DNA of 64,000 nt from Brenneria bubanii (GCA_022378355.1 JAKMAJ010000010.1:105719-169718); one strand, 5' to 3'; shown: positions 20,510 through 32,791, counted from the stretch's first letter. Notes: generated from the letters alone by a model not told the origin. Numbers and translations: made by a program.

Positions 20510-21755
20510 ACAAGGAAAACGGGCCGCCGACGGCGTCAGTCAGGCGCATTTGCTCGACAATCTGGCAGCGCTGTCGCGCTTCGGCGCGCTGCCGGACGGC
20601 GGGGTAAACCGTCAGGCGCTCTCCAGCGACGATCTTGACGCGCGCGCCTGGCTGATCGAGCTGGCGCGATCGCTGGGCTGCGAGGTCGCCACCGATGCGT
20701 GCGCCAATCTGTTTATCCGCCGCCCGGGGCTGCAGGATCTGCCGCCGGTGGTGACCGGCAGCCACATCGATACCCAACCGTGCGGCGGTAATCTGGACGG
20801 TTGCTACGGCGTCATGGCGGGCATCGAATGCCTGCGCGCGCTCAATGAGGCCGGAATAGCCACCCAGCGGCCGCTGGAGGTGGTGGTCTGGACCAACGAA
20901 GAAGGCAGCCGTTTCGCCCCCGGCGCGATGGGCTCCAGCGCTTTCGTCAATCCAGAACGTTTGGCCGGCTATCTGGATAGTCGGGACCGCGATGGCGTTA
21001 CGGTCGGCGCGGCGCTGGCCGACTGCCACCGTCGCTTCGCCGATCTGCCGCGCCGCGACAGATACCCGATGGCGGCCTTTATCGAGCTGCATATCGAACA
21101 GGGGCCGGTACTGGAGCAGGCCGGACTGTCTCTGGCCAGGGTAGCCGGCATTCAGGGCGTCAGATGGTATCAGATTCGCTGCATCGGCCGGAGCGCCCAC
21201 GCCGGCACCACGCCGATGAATCGCCGCGCGGACGCCATGACGCTGGCGCGCCGTTTGGCGGACCGCATCGAACAGGCGGTGGCCGATGTGCCCGCCGACC
21301 AGTTGCGCTTAACCTTTGGCTGCTGGCAGGTGACGCCCAACGCCGTCAACACCGTGGCGGCCGAAGTCAGCTTCACCATTGATTTCCGCTACCCCGACGC
21401 CGAGGTGCTGACCCGCTTTGATGCGGCGATAGCCGGGCTCGCCGCGGATAATGTGCTGATTACCCCATCATTGCGTCAACCGCCAATCGAGTTCGATGCG
21501 CGCCTGCTGGCGCAACAGCAGGCATGCTGCGACGCGTTGGATATCCCGACCGCCAACCTGGTTTCCGGCGCGTTTCACGACGCGATGTATCTGGCCCGGC
21601 ATTGCCCGACCAGCATGTTTTTCGTTCCCAGCCGTCACGGCATCAGCCATAACCCGGCTGAATATACCGACCCTCATTCGCTCTGGCTTGGCGCCAGAGC
21701 TCTCGCCTGCTGTCTGACAGAACTGGCAAACCCATTAACAGGAGTCCATTCATGA
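20499..21755 (+). CDS. M20-family Zn-dependent amidohydrolase (N-carbamoyl-L-amino-acid hydrolase / allantoate amidohydrolase type)
   Basis: AllC/HyuC-like sequence. The start is ambiguous: M at 20481 or 20499, and both overlap the end of the upstream ATPase gene. Confidence 0.75.
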   Translation: MVSEQGKRAADGVSQAHLLDNLAALSRFGALPDGGVNRQALSSDDLDARAWLIELARSLGCEVATDACANLFIRRPGLQDLPPVVTGSHIDTQPCGGNLDGCYGVMAGIECLRALNEAGIATQRPLEVVVWTNEEGSRFAPGAMGSSAFVNPERLAGYLDSRDRDGVTVGAALADCHRRFADLPRRDRYPMAAFIELHIEQGPVLEQAGLSLARVAGIQGVRWYQIRCIGRSAHAGTTPMNRRADAMTLARRLADRIEQAVADVPADQLRLTFGCWQVTPNAVNTVAAEVSFTIDFRYPDAEVLTRFDAAIAGLAADNVLITPSLRQPPIEFDARLLAQQQACCDALDIPTANLVSGAFHDAMYLARHCPTSMFFVPSRHGISHNPAEYTDPHSLWLGARALACCLTELANPLTGVHS

Positions 21756-22450
21756 GCACAATCAACTACCCGGCCAGCTGTGAAAAAGATAACGGTACCG
21801 CGCTGGGCACCAATGCCACCGCCACGTCGCCGATTTCCGCCGACGGCACGCCGACGTTCGGCGAGCTGTATACCGTACCGGCCCGCTGCGGCCGCGCCGT
21901 ACGTCTGCAAAAAGGGCAGGTTATCCGCATAATCAACACGCCGGGAAGCCAGGTGTGCGATACCTGGCTGTTCAACAGCGATGATCTGAGCGAGTTCTCC
22001 TCCATGGAACACACGCGCGCGTTCATCGACAAAATCATCCCCAAGCCGGGCGACGTCTTGGTTACCAACCATCGCCGCCCTATCGGCACGCTGCTGACCG
22101 ATACCTCGCCGGGCGTTCACGACACCATGATCGCCGCCTGCGATCTGTTCCGCTACAGCAACATGGGGATCACCGAATACCATGACAGCTGCGCCGACAA
22201 TATGCGCATGGCGCTTAACGCCATCGGCCTGCGCGCCCGCGAAGTGCCGCAGCCGCTGAACCTGTGGATGAATACCCCGGTCAACCCCGATTACACCATC
22301 TCCTGGCTGCCGACCGTCAGCAAGGCAGGGGATTATGTAGAGATTCGTGCCGAATTGGACTGCGTCGTGGTAATGTCTGCCTGCCCGCAGGACATTGTGC
22401 CAATCAACGGTTGTGATCCTCAGGCTATTCATTTTAGTGTAACCCAATAA
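21752..22450 (+). CDS. DUF1989 / urea-carboxylase-associated family protein (the family that includes carboxyguanidine deiminase subunits)
   Basis: 232-aa protein with the characteristic …GDYVEIRAELDCVVVMSACPQD…NG… C-terminal region recalled for DUF1989 proteins. 4-bp overlap with the amidohydrolase gene. Confidence 0.6.
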   Translation: MSTINYPASCEKDNGTALGTNATATSPISADGTPTFGELYTVPARCGRAVRLQKGQVIRIINTPGSQVCDTWLFNSDDLSEFSSMEHTRAFIDKIIPKPGDVLVTNHRRPIGTLLTDTSPGVHDTMIAACDLFRYSNMGITEYHDSCADNMRMALNAIGLRAREVPQPLNLWMNTPVNPDYTISWLPTVSKAGDYVEIRAELDCVVVMSACPQDIVPINGCDPQAIHFSVTQ

Positions 22451-22516
22451 CCAGCCATGCTGCCCGCGGTCAGGCGGATAACGGGCAGCGCTTACTTTCA
22501 GCATCGATAACTCGTT

Positions 22517-23107
22517 ATGAAAAAAAACGGCGATACCGGCAATACTGTATTATCCAATCTGGGCATGCGGCTACGGCATGCCCGCCTGGCGCAGGAAATG
22601 ACCTTAAAACAACTGGCGGGCAAGGTGAAATGTTCTGAGAGCCTGCTATCCAAACTGGAAAACGAAGTGGCGGCGCCGTCTCTGGCCATGCTGCACCGTT
22701 TGGCTCACGCGTTGGAGACCAACATTTCTGACCTGATGGCTGAGAACTGGGTGGCGGACTCGCCGGTGCTTAAGCCCGAACAGCGGCGGCGAAAACGTTT
22801 CCTGCACCGTAATAAGCAAGGCGGCATCGAGCTGGAAAACCTGACGCACAATCATAAGGGCGGTCTGCTGCAGGGCAATATCCATATTATTGAGCCAGGC
22901 GTCGCCAGCGATGGTCTGATTGAGCACCACGGTGAAGAAATGGGGTATGTGTTATCCGGCGATATCGAATTGTATCTGGGCGAAATGACCCATCGTTTGA
23001 CCGTCGGGGACTCTTTCTATTTTCCCAGCCACATCCCCCACGGTTATTGCAACGTTGGCAAAACGCCGGCGCACGTGCTGTGGGTCAATACGCCGGTCAC
23101 CTTCTGA
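22517..23107 (+). CDS. XRE-family HTH transcriptional regulator with C-terminal cupin domain
   Basis: HTH_3 (…LRHARLAQEMTLKQLAGKVKCSESLLSKLENE…) followed by a cupin_2-like C-terminal half. Confidence 0.8.
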   Translation: MKKNGDTGNTVLSNLGMRLRHARLAQEMTLKQLAGKVKCSESLLSKLENEVAAPSLAMLHRLAHALETNISDLMAENWVADSPVLKPEQRRRKRFLHRNKQGGIELENLTHNHKGGLLQGNIHIIEPGVASDGLIEHHGEEMGYVLSGDIELYLGEMTHRLTVGDSFYFPSHIPHGYCNVGKTPAHVLWVNTPVTF

Positions 23108-23185
23108 GTCGTTGAGCGCGTTTCACGGCGCCCTCCGTCTGACGGCCGGCAAGAGCGACGCCGGCTTGAGGCTTCACATTTAAGA

Positions 23186-24948
23186 TCAATAGCCGACAGC
23201 GGCGCCGGCCGGGCGACGGATATCGTTAGCGCCGTACAGATAGCCTTCGCGTACTTTACCGGATACGGCGGCGTCATTGCCGGAGCTCGACGCCGTCACG
23301 CCGGCCGCGCCCGGCAAGCCGACCATAATCAGTTCCGCCGCCCCCCAGGGGGTTTGTTCAACCATCCGGTATCCGCGCTGTTTCAGCAACGCCAGCGTAT
23401 CCGCGGAAAGCCCGCGCTGTTCATAATAAACCGCGTCCGGCAGCCACTGATGATGGATACGCGGCGCATCCACCGCTTCCTGCGGCGCCATGCCGTGATC
23501 GATGACGTTAAGCGCCGTTTGCAGCGTAATGGTGATAATGCGCGAACCGCCCGGCGATCCCAACACCATGAATATTTTTCCGTCTTTGGTCACCAGCGAC
23601 GGGCTCATTGACGATAGCGGGCGCTTACCGGGGGCAATGACGTTACGTTCTCCCTGAACCAGTCCATACAGGTTTTTTTCCCCGACTTTAGCCGTGAAGT
23701 CATCCATTTCGTCGTTGAGGAAAAAACCGGTGCCCGGCGCAATCACCACCGCGCCAAAGCGCCCATTCACCGTATAGGTGGTGGAAACGGCATTACCCTG
23801 ATTATCCACAATCGAGTAGTGGGTGGTTTCCGGCTTTTCATGCGGACCGACGCCCGGCTGCACCTGCTGCGACGGCGTGGCGTTTTCCGGCGCTATTTTA
23901 CCGCGGATCTCAGCGGCATAATCTTACTCAACAATCGATTCAACGGGTTATCGACAAACTCCGGATCGCCAAGATAGGTGTTGCGATCCATATAGGCGTG
24001 ACGCATGGCTTCCGTCAACACATGTACGGACGCCGCGGAGTTAAATCCCATCGCTTTGATATCGTAGCCTTCGATGATATTCAGGATTTCGCACAGAGTT
24101 ACCCCGCCGGAGCTGGGCGGCGGTGAAGAAACAAATTTATAGCCGCGATAATCACAGCTTACCGGCGCCGTTTCGCTGACCCGGTAATTGGCAAAATCAG
24201 CCGCCGTCAAAATACCGCCGCCCTGTTTTGCCGCCCGCGCCACCGCCTGAGGAATATTCCCTTTATAAAACGCATCCGGCCCCTTATCGGCAATGGCCTG
24301 CAAGGTCTGCGCCAGGTCGTGCTGCACCAGCTTATCGCCGGGCTGCAGCGGGCTACCGTCGGGACGCAGGAAAATGCGGGCCGCCTCAGGATCGTCTTTG
24401 AAACGCTTGACGGTGGTGTCCAGAATATCGGTATCCGCCCGCGTCAGTTCAAAACCATTGCGCGCCAGCCCGATCGCGGGCGCCATGACCTGTTCGCGGC
24501 TCAACTTGCCGTACTTTTTCTGCGCCGTATCCAGCCCCAGTACGGTTCCCGGTACGCCCGCAGCCAGATAACCATACAGGCTGGCCCCTTTTTTCACGTT
24601 GCCTTGCGCATCAAGATACATGTTGGCGCTGGCGGCGGCCGGCGCGGTTTCACGAAAATTGATAAAGGTATCTTTACCGTTGGCCAGATGGATAGTCATA
24701 AACCCGCCGCCGCCGATATTGCCGCAGCAGGGATTAACCACCGCCTGGGCATATCCCACCGCGACTGCGGCATCAACGGCGTTGCCGCCCATCTTCATGA
24801 TATCGACCCCAATCTGCGAGGCCAGATATTGTGAGCTGACTACCATGCCCTGTTTCGCTTCCACCGCCGGTGCCGAGGCGGCCTGCGCCGACCCCACGAC
24901 CAGTAACGCCGCCGCGCTCAAACACCTAAGCCATTTTCCTTTTGTCAT
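23186..24948 (-). pseudogene. ggt: Gamma-glutamyltranspeptidase gene disrupted by a 1-nt frameshift near position 23922
   Basis: ORF 23893-24948 encodes the signal peptide and large subunit up to …DPEFVDNPLNRLLSK. ORF 23186-23863 encodes the rest, including the autoprocessing threonine region (…ETTHYSIVD…) and the small subunit. Shifting frame at TTGAGTAAGATTATGCC restores …LLSKDYAAEIRGKIAPENATPSQQVQPGVGPHEK…, which is colinear with E. coli GGT. This looks like a single missing A in an AAA run. Confidence 0.75.
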
Positions 24949-25185
24949 AATAATGCCTTTAATGCTGTTGATTTAATTTGAAAAGCCGTGGGGTTTTCAT
25001 TGCAAGGTTCACGCCAGAAATGCACTGCACAGGAAGTGCGCGTTTTATTGGGCAAGTAATGGTAATCAGGTGGAAAAGAGCCGGTGAATGGCCAAGAGGC
25101 GGTTGATTTTTGTCTGGCCGCACAATAAAAGCGCCCCGTTTAAGAGCAAAAACCCGGATAAACCGCCTCTCAGGCCAGCGTCATA

Positions 25186-26115
25186 CTAGGCATGTCTTAG
25201 CGGACGCAGCGCCCACAGGCGGGCGCCAAACATATTGATTAACAGCCCCAGCATAATCATCAAGGCGCCCGTTATCTGTAATACAGAAAGGGATTCATCA
25301 AGGAGCAGCGCGGCGCTGATTAGCCCGACCACCGGCACCAGCAGGGAAAGCGGAGCGACGCGCCAGGTTTCGTAACGCGCCAGCAGGCTGCCCCAAATGC
25401 CATAACCGACAATCGTTGCGGCGAACGCCAGATAGAGCAGCGACAAAATGGTGGAAAGCCGAATATTCACCAGACTGGAAATAATCTGCGTTTCGCCCTC
25501 GAACAGCCATGAACAGACGAAAAAAGGCAAAATAGGAACCAGCGCGCTCCATACCACCAGCGACATAATTTTCACGTCGCCGTTCCGATTCATAATCAGC
25601 TTGTTGCTGATATTGCCGAGCGCCCACGACAGCGCGCCGGCCAACGTAAGCAGCAGCGTAGTCAACGTCATGCCTGAAGCCGTCTGCGTATCCAGCCGCC
25701 CCTCAGCCAGCACGACGATCCCCGCCGCCGCCGCCAACATACCGACGATGTGGTTCCAACGGAGTTTTTCCGCCAGCAGCATCGCGCCGACCAGCAGCGT
25801 AAAAAACGCCTGCGCCTGAAGAACCAGCGACGCGATGCCCGCCGGCATGCCCAGCTTGATGGCGCTGAACAGAAAAGCGAACTGGCCAAAGCTGATGGTC
25901 ATACCGTAGGCCAGCAACCAGCGAAAAGGAATACGCGGCACGGGCACAAAAAAAATCGCCGGTAGCGCCACCAGGGAAAAACGCAGCCCGGCGAGCAGGA
26001 ACGGCGGCATATCATGCAGCCCGACTTTAATCACCACGAAATTCACGCCCCATAAAATCACGACGCAGAGGGCCAGCAGCCTATCTTTTACCAACACGAT
26101 GATTTCCTTACTCAA
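25186..26115 (-). CDS. eamA: Cysteine/O-acetylserine exporter, EamA (DMT superfamily)
   Basis: Near full-length colinearity with E. coli EamA/YdeD (…WGLNFVVIKVGLH.MPP..LAGLRF…ARYETWRVAPLSLLVPVVGL.SAALLLDE…). Confidence 0.8.
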   Translation of the reverse strand: MSKEIIVLVKDRLLALCVVILWGVNFVVIKVGLHDMPPFLLAGLRFSLVALPAIFFVPVPRIPFRWLLAYGMTISFGQFAFLFSAIKLGMPAGIASLVLQAQAFFTLLVGAMLLAEKLRWNHIVGMLAAAAGIVVLAEGRLDTQTASGMTLTTLLLTLAGALSWALGNISNKLIMNRNGDVKIMSLVVWSALVPILPFFVCSWLFEGETQIISSLVNIRLSTILSLLYLAFAATIVGYGIWGSLLARYETWRVAPLSLLVPVVGLISAALLLDESLSVLQITGALMIMLGLLINMFGARLWALRPLRHA

Positions 26116-26630
26116 TTACTGAAGGCGGCGTCATCCCCCATCCGACAGAATCGCGGGCGATAACCCAAGAGTCATCAGGCTACGCGCAACAGAACAGGAT
26201 GGATATAAACAGTTCGGCGCGATTTGAGGTGCGACAGATCGCTTCAGGGGCTTTCAACAGCCGGTCATTCGGGCGCGTGGACTGAGGGGTAAACAGCGCG
26301 TTAACGCATCCTTTTCGGATCGATCTTGATAGCTGCCAGCTATCACAATATTAATATTATTCGATTTTACCTATAACAAAACAGGCTCTAGGATGATTAC
26401 AGTTAGCAAACGCATCGACCGGCAGCTGATCCGCCTTGACGCCGCCCGGATATGCCGTTCGATGAAGAATAACGCGGCGGCTCTGCTGACCAGACGCAGG
26501 CTGCCAGAGCGTATAGCCCATATTATAGCCGAGTGACAGGCCGGTGATAAAAAACAGAGGCATCACGCAGCGTCGTCAACAAAAACATTGTCGTGCCCGG
26601 CACCAGGGAACCGACAACCCGGATAGCTGA

Positions 26631-28841
<2,211 letters not shown>

Positions 28842-28869
28842 CACATCAGGCTAGGACGCGCCTCCCCTC

Positions 28870-28900
28870 GCCCGGTGTGGTTTCACACCGGGCGTTTTTG
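28870..28900 (+). terminator. Rho-independent terminator of katG
   Basis: Hairpin GCCCGGTGTG-gtttc-ACACCGGGC followed by a GTTTTTG run, 28 nt after the katG stop. Confidence 0.7.
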
Positions 28901-28991
28901 TTACCCGCCGAAGCGCGCCGCTAGTTGGCCGCCAATCGACGATAGCCTACGCAAACCGCGCCCGTCACCGGCCCTACATTAGCCTCCCAAT

Positions 28992-29032
28992 AAAAAAGCG
29001 CCCTGATAACCATATCATCAGGACGCTTTTCT
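28992..29032. terminator. Probable bidirectional terminator between convergent katG and gor
   Basis: AAAAAAGCGCCCTGAT-aaccatat-CATCAGGACGCTTTTCT, a 10-bp stem with one mismatch flanked by A-rich and T-rich runs, just downstream of the gor stop on the minus strand. Confidence 0.5.
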
Positions 29033-29075
29033 GCCACGGGTACGTTAAAAACCCTTTTACATCACATCACGCGCA

Positions 29076-30428
29076 TCAACGCATGGTAACGAACTCTTCC
29101 GATGCCGTCGGGTGGATGGCCACCGTGTTGTCGAAATCCTTTTTGGTGGCGCCCATCTTCAGCGCCACCGCAAAGCCCTGCAGCATTTCGTCCATACCAA
29201 AGCCGATACCATGGATGCCGACAATCTTCTCTTCCTTGCCGACGCAGACCAGCTTCATACGACACGGCTGGCGATGCTGCGTCACGGCGGTGTACATGGC
29301 GGTGAAAGAAGAGGTATAAACCTTCACCTTATCCTCGCCATACTGTTCACGCGCCTGCGGTTCGGTCAGCCCAACGGTGCCGATGGGCGGATGGCTGAAC
29401 ACCACGGTGGGAATATTGCTGTAATCCAGATGTTCATCAGGTTTGTTATTGAACAGACGCTCTGACAAACGGCGGCCTGCGGCGACGGCGACCGGGGTCA
29501 ACTCCACCGCGCCGGTGTTGTCGCCCACGGCGTAAATGCCCGGCACATTGGTGTTTTGGAAGCGATCGACCCGGATATAGCCTTTGTCGTCCAGCGTCAC
29601 ATCGACGGCGCTCAGGTTCAGCTTATCCGTTGCCGGCTCGCGGCCGATGGCCCAGATCAGGCAATCAACGGTGTGTTCTTTGCCGTTTTCCAACTGCAGC
29701 GTCAGGCTGCCGTCGGCATTTTTCACCACCGCTTTAGGAATCGACTCGGTATGCAGCGTCGGCCCTTCGTTGTTCATCACCTCAACCAGCGTCTCGACAA
29801 TCAGCGGATCGAAGCTGCGCAGCGGCGACTGTTTGCGCACAAACAGGTGCGTTTGCGAACCCAGCGCGTTTACCACGCCGGCAATCTCGACGGCGATATA
29901 GCCGGCGCCGACGATAGCGGTGCGTTTCGGCAGCGCGTCCAGTTCAAAGAAGCCGTCGGAATCAATACCGAATTCGGCGCCGGGAACGTCAGGCCGTACC
30001 GGGCGGCCGCCGGTGGCGATCAGAATATGATCGGCGGTAATTTTTTCGCCGTTGACCTCCACCATGCGCGCATCGACAAAGCGGGCGAATCCGCGAATGA
30101 CATCCACCTTGTTTTTGCCCAGCACGTTATCGTAAGACTGGTGAATTCGGTCAATATAGGCGCTACGATTTTTAATCAGCGTCCCCCAGTCAAACCGGTT
30201 GACCGTGGTATCAAAACCGTAATCCGGACCATATTGGTGAATCGCTTCGGCGATCTGCGCCGCATGCCACATCACTTTTTTCGGCACGCAGCCAACGTTG
30301 ACACAGGTACCGCCCAGATATTTGGCTTCGATCAACGCACATTTCTTGCCGTACATGGCGGCACGGTTAATGGAGGCAATGCCGCCGCTGCCGCCGCCAA
30401 TGGCGAGATAGTCATAATGTTTAGTCAT
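29076..30428 (-). CDS. gor: Glutathione reductase
   Basis: Near-identity along its length to E. coli Gor ([27 protein letters not shown]…[13 protein letters not shown]…[12 protein letters not shown]). Confidence 0.95.
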   Translation of the reverse strand: MTKHYDYLAIGGGSGGIASINRAAMYGKKCALIEAKYLGGTCVNVGCVPKKVMWHAAQIAEAIHQYGPDYGFDTTVNRFDWGTLIKNRSAYIDRIHQSYDNVLGKNKVDVIRGFARFVDARMVEVNGEKITADHILIATGGRPVRPDVPGAEFGIDSDGFFELDALPKRTAIVGAGYIAVEIAGVVNALGSQTHLFVRKQSPLRSFDPLIVETLVEVMNNEGPTLHTESIPKAVVKNADGSLTLQLENGKEHTVDCLIWAIGREPATDKLNLSAVDVTLDDKGYIRVDRFQNTNVPGIYAVGDNTGAVELTPVAVAAGRRLSERLFNNKPDEHLDYSNIPTVVFSHPPIGTVGLTEPQAREQYGEDKVKVYTSSFTAMYTAVTQHRQPCRMKLVCVGKEEKIVGIHGIGFGMDEMLQGFAVALKMGATKKDFDNTVAIHPTASEEFVTMR

Positions 30429-30594
30429 TGGGAGATCCAGCTTGTGTGAATAAAAAGTTATATAGAGTGTAACGCCAGATATCTTATTCCGGCAAAGATC
30501 GTAGCCCGATTGTAGTCCGAAATGCTAAGCGCCCTGCGGCGATTTTTGAAATCAATTCAATAGGCGAGGCCGCTTTACCGGGCCTCGCGCAACG

Positions 30595-31389
30595 TCAAAC
30601 GCCGGTCAGCACGGTCTCATACAGCAGCCGATCCAACGCGGCGTCGAGGCGTTCGTCCTTTGCCGGTGGTGAGATGGCTATCGCGGTTTCCAGCGACTGC
30701 GCGATAAACGCGTGGATATGCGGTTGCCGCGCCACCACATCGGCCTCTATCGCGCTGCATTTCATTTTCAGCAGCGCCCGAACCTCTGCCAGCAGGGCGG
30801 GATCCGTCACCATCGCGTTCAGCAACACCTCGAACTGCATAGGCGGCGCTCCCCTCCCTTCGGCAATCCACTGCATCGCCAGCAGCGAGCGCAGCACGTA
30901 AAAATACTTTTTCAGCCGCACGCGCTCATCCTGCAAATAGCTGCGAAAGTTTTTACGCGCGATGGAGAGGTAATGATGACTCGCCTTGAGCGCGGAAAAA
31001 CAGCCGGGGATCAACTGGCGCAGCCGGTCCGTCGCGATATCGTCCTGCCGGTAGACCACCGGTGAGTCCAGCCATTCGATAAGCGTGGGGTTGCCCCGGT
31101 TCAATAGCGCCAACGCTTTGCGCAATTCCCAGCCGCAGACGTCCAACGCCGCCGTCAGCGGACGTTCGATCACGTCAGGCTGCGGTTCAACCCGCAGATA
31201 CCACTGCGGCGGATGAACGTAGATGAATCGGACATCATAATCACTGTCCGGCGAGGCGAATCCCCAGCCGCGGCTGCCGGACTCGCAGGCGTACAGAATG
31301 CGGACATCGAACGCCTGTTCCACTTCGTCCAGCGCCGCGTTGATCTGCTGTTTCATTACTTCGCTGACGCCCTGAGATGCCTGTGTCAT
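30595..31389 (-). CDS. Pol-beta-superfamily nucleotidyltransferase with a C-terminal alpha-helical domain, function unknown; second gene of the putative RtcR-controlled sigma54 operon
   Basis: Minimal-NTase motif GS-x9-DxD (ESGSRGWGFASPDSDYDVRFIYV) and a third acidic residue in …ALDVCGWEL…, followed by about 150 aa of helical sequence. GGGAGGGAAAGGA Shine-Dalgarno. Lies 43 bp downstream of the SPFH gene on the same strand. Confidence 0.65.
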   Translation of the reverse strand: MTQASQGVSEVMKQQINAALDEVEQAFDVRILYACESGSRGWGFASPDSDYDVRFIYVHPPQWYLRVEPQPDVIERPLTAALDVCGWELRKALALLNRGNPTLIEWLDSPVVYRQDDIATDRLRQLIPGCFSALKASHHYLSIARKNFRSYLQDERVRLKKYFYVLRSLLAMQWIAEGRGAPPMQFEVLLNAMVTDPALLAEVRALLKMKCSAIEADVVARQPHIHAFIAQSLETAIAISPPAKDERLDAALDRLLYETVLTGV

Positions 31390-31432
31390 ATCCTTTCCCT
31401 CCCGTTCGGTGCGTCGCCGCTGCCTGCAGCAG

Positions 31433-32569
31433 TTACGCCCCCTTTAAATTCACTAATCCGTTCAACACCTGATCCAACCCGCCGAACACGGAAATTTTAT
31501 CGATGCGTTCCGCCACGCGCTCCAACGTTTCCAGCTCCTTCAAGCGCAGCGCGACCGGGTTGTTTTCCATCACTTTGGCGGTATTCAGCAGGGAACGCGT
31601 CGCCGACGTTTCTTCCCGACGTCGTATCACGTTGGCCTGCGCCGCCTTTTCCGCCTCCACCACCTGAGACAGGATGGTTTTCATATCGCCCGGCAGCACG
31701 ATATCCTTCACCCCCAGAGAAACCACGTCGATGCCGTAACCGGCTATTTTTTCACGAACCTGCGCGTTGACCCGTTCATCGATGAACTGCTTGTTTTCCA
31801 GCAGTTCATCCAGCGTGCGGGTTCCCACGGCTTCACGCAACGCGAACTGCAGCTCGCGGTACAACGAATCCACCGGTTTGGTTAACTGGCCGAAGGCCGT
31901 TAAAACGTCGTTATAGCGCCAGTTGGCCACCAGATTGAGCCGCAGGTTGACCTTATCGCGCGTCAAAATTTCCTGCCCGCTTACTTCCAGCGCCTGCTGA
32001 CGAGTGTCCACCATTTCCAGCTCTACGCTGTGGTTAAAACGCCAGTAGCCGCTGACGCCGGGCGGCAACAGCTCCCGCGCCGCGCCATCGACCTTCAAGA
32101 GGCCCAGATGCCATGCCGGCACCTGCGCCAGCAGGACGCCGGCATGTCCGATCACCTGTCGCTGACGCAGCTTCGGCTGCAGCAGTGCCGACACCAGCGC
32201 GTCCGGCACCCGGATGTCCTCGGTTTTCACCTGTTCGACGCGCTGATGTTCATCCTTACGCCAGTAAAGTCGACGCGTGGCGGGCGGCAGAATTTCCTGC
32301 AGCACATCATGATCGTAGCGAAGCCCGATCGTCTCTTCCGGCAATACCACATCCAGACAAAACTGCTTTACCCATTCCGGATGGTACTGGCGCAGGTAGT
32401 CGTCCAAAGGCGCCAGCACTTCAGAACCATCCAGAGACACGACTTCAATTTTTTGTCGATTAAACCAACGGGAAATACGGTGCCGACCCGCTTCCAATAC
32501 CTGCAGGTAGTCGCCGTCTTTGCTCACCAAACCCAGCTGACCTTTACGAATTGTTATGAACTTAAACAT
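31433..32569 (-). CDS. SPFH/band-7 (stomatin/slipin-like) domain protein with no TM segment, carrying a roughly 190-aa N-terminal domain of unknown function; first gene of the sigma54 operon divergent from rtcR
   Basis: The C-terminal half matches the stomatin SPFH core (…TRDKVNLRLNLVANWRY…GIDVVSLGVKDIVLPGDMKTILSQVVEAEKAAQANVIRRREETSATRSL…NPVALRLKELETLERVAERIDKISVF). Start placed at MFKFITIRKG (AGGAGA Shine-Dalgarno 9 nt upstream), not at the upstream in-frame Met at 32665. Confidence 0.75.
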   Translation of the reverse strand: MFKFITIRKGQLGLVSKDGDYLQVLEAGRHRISRWFNRQKIEVVSLDGSEVLAPLDDYLRQYHPEWVKQFCLDVVLPEETIGLRYDHDVLQEILPPATRRLYWRKDEHQRVEQVKTEDIRVPDALVSALLQPKLRQRQVIGHAGVLLAQVPAWHLGLLKVDGAARELLPPGVSGYWRFNHSVELEMVDTRQQALEVSGQEILTRDKVNLRLNLVANWRYNDVLTAFGQLTKPVDSLYRELQFALREAVGTRTLDELLENKQFIDERVNAQVREKIAGYGIDVVSLGVKDIVLPGDMKTILSQVVEAEKAAQANVIRRREETSATRSLLNTAKVMENNPVALRLKELETLERVAERIDKISVFGGLDQVLNGLVNLKGA

Positions 32570-32764
32570 TAATCTTTTTCTCCTGATGACCCCTCCGGCA
32601 CACGAGGAGACGAACGTCGGGGCGAAGCCGCAGGGGGAAAGCTCAGGGTTCCTGATGGAACGCATCAGCCTTCTGCCTGCCGCCCGGCGCGTCGGTCAGT
32701 CTCTCGTGAGGCAATCGTCAACTTCCCGGTTGCGGGAGGGTTATTTTTTCATTACCAATATCAA

Positions 32765-32791
32765 GGTGCGATGTTCGGGATTCGAACCCGA
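32765..32791 (-). other. tRNA 3'-fragment-like element (T-stem-loop plus acceptor 3' strand) within the 5' leader of the SPFH/NTase operon
   Basis: The minus strand reads TCGGG-TTCGAAT-CCCGA-ACATCGC-A-CCt. This is a perfect 5-bp T-stem with the canonical 7-nt TTCGAAT loop, a 7-nt acceptor 3' strand, a discriminator and CC. No matching 5' half (GCGATGT…) is found nearby, so it is not a complete tRNA gene. Confidence 0.5.

Noticed and set aside
32570-32665. Upstream in-frame Met (MRSIRNPELSPCGF…) that would extend the SPFH protein by 32 aa.
   Set aside because: There is no Shine-Dalgarno. The extension would run through the structured leader containing the tRNA-like fragment. The internal ATG at 32569 has a strong AGGAGA Shine-Dalgarno and begins a typical SPFH-family N-terminus.
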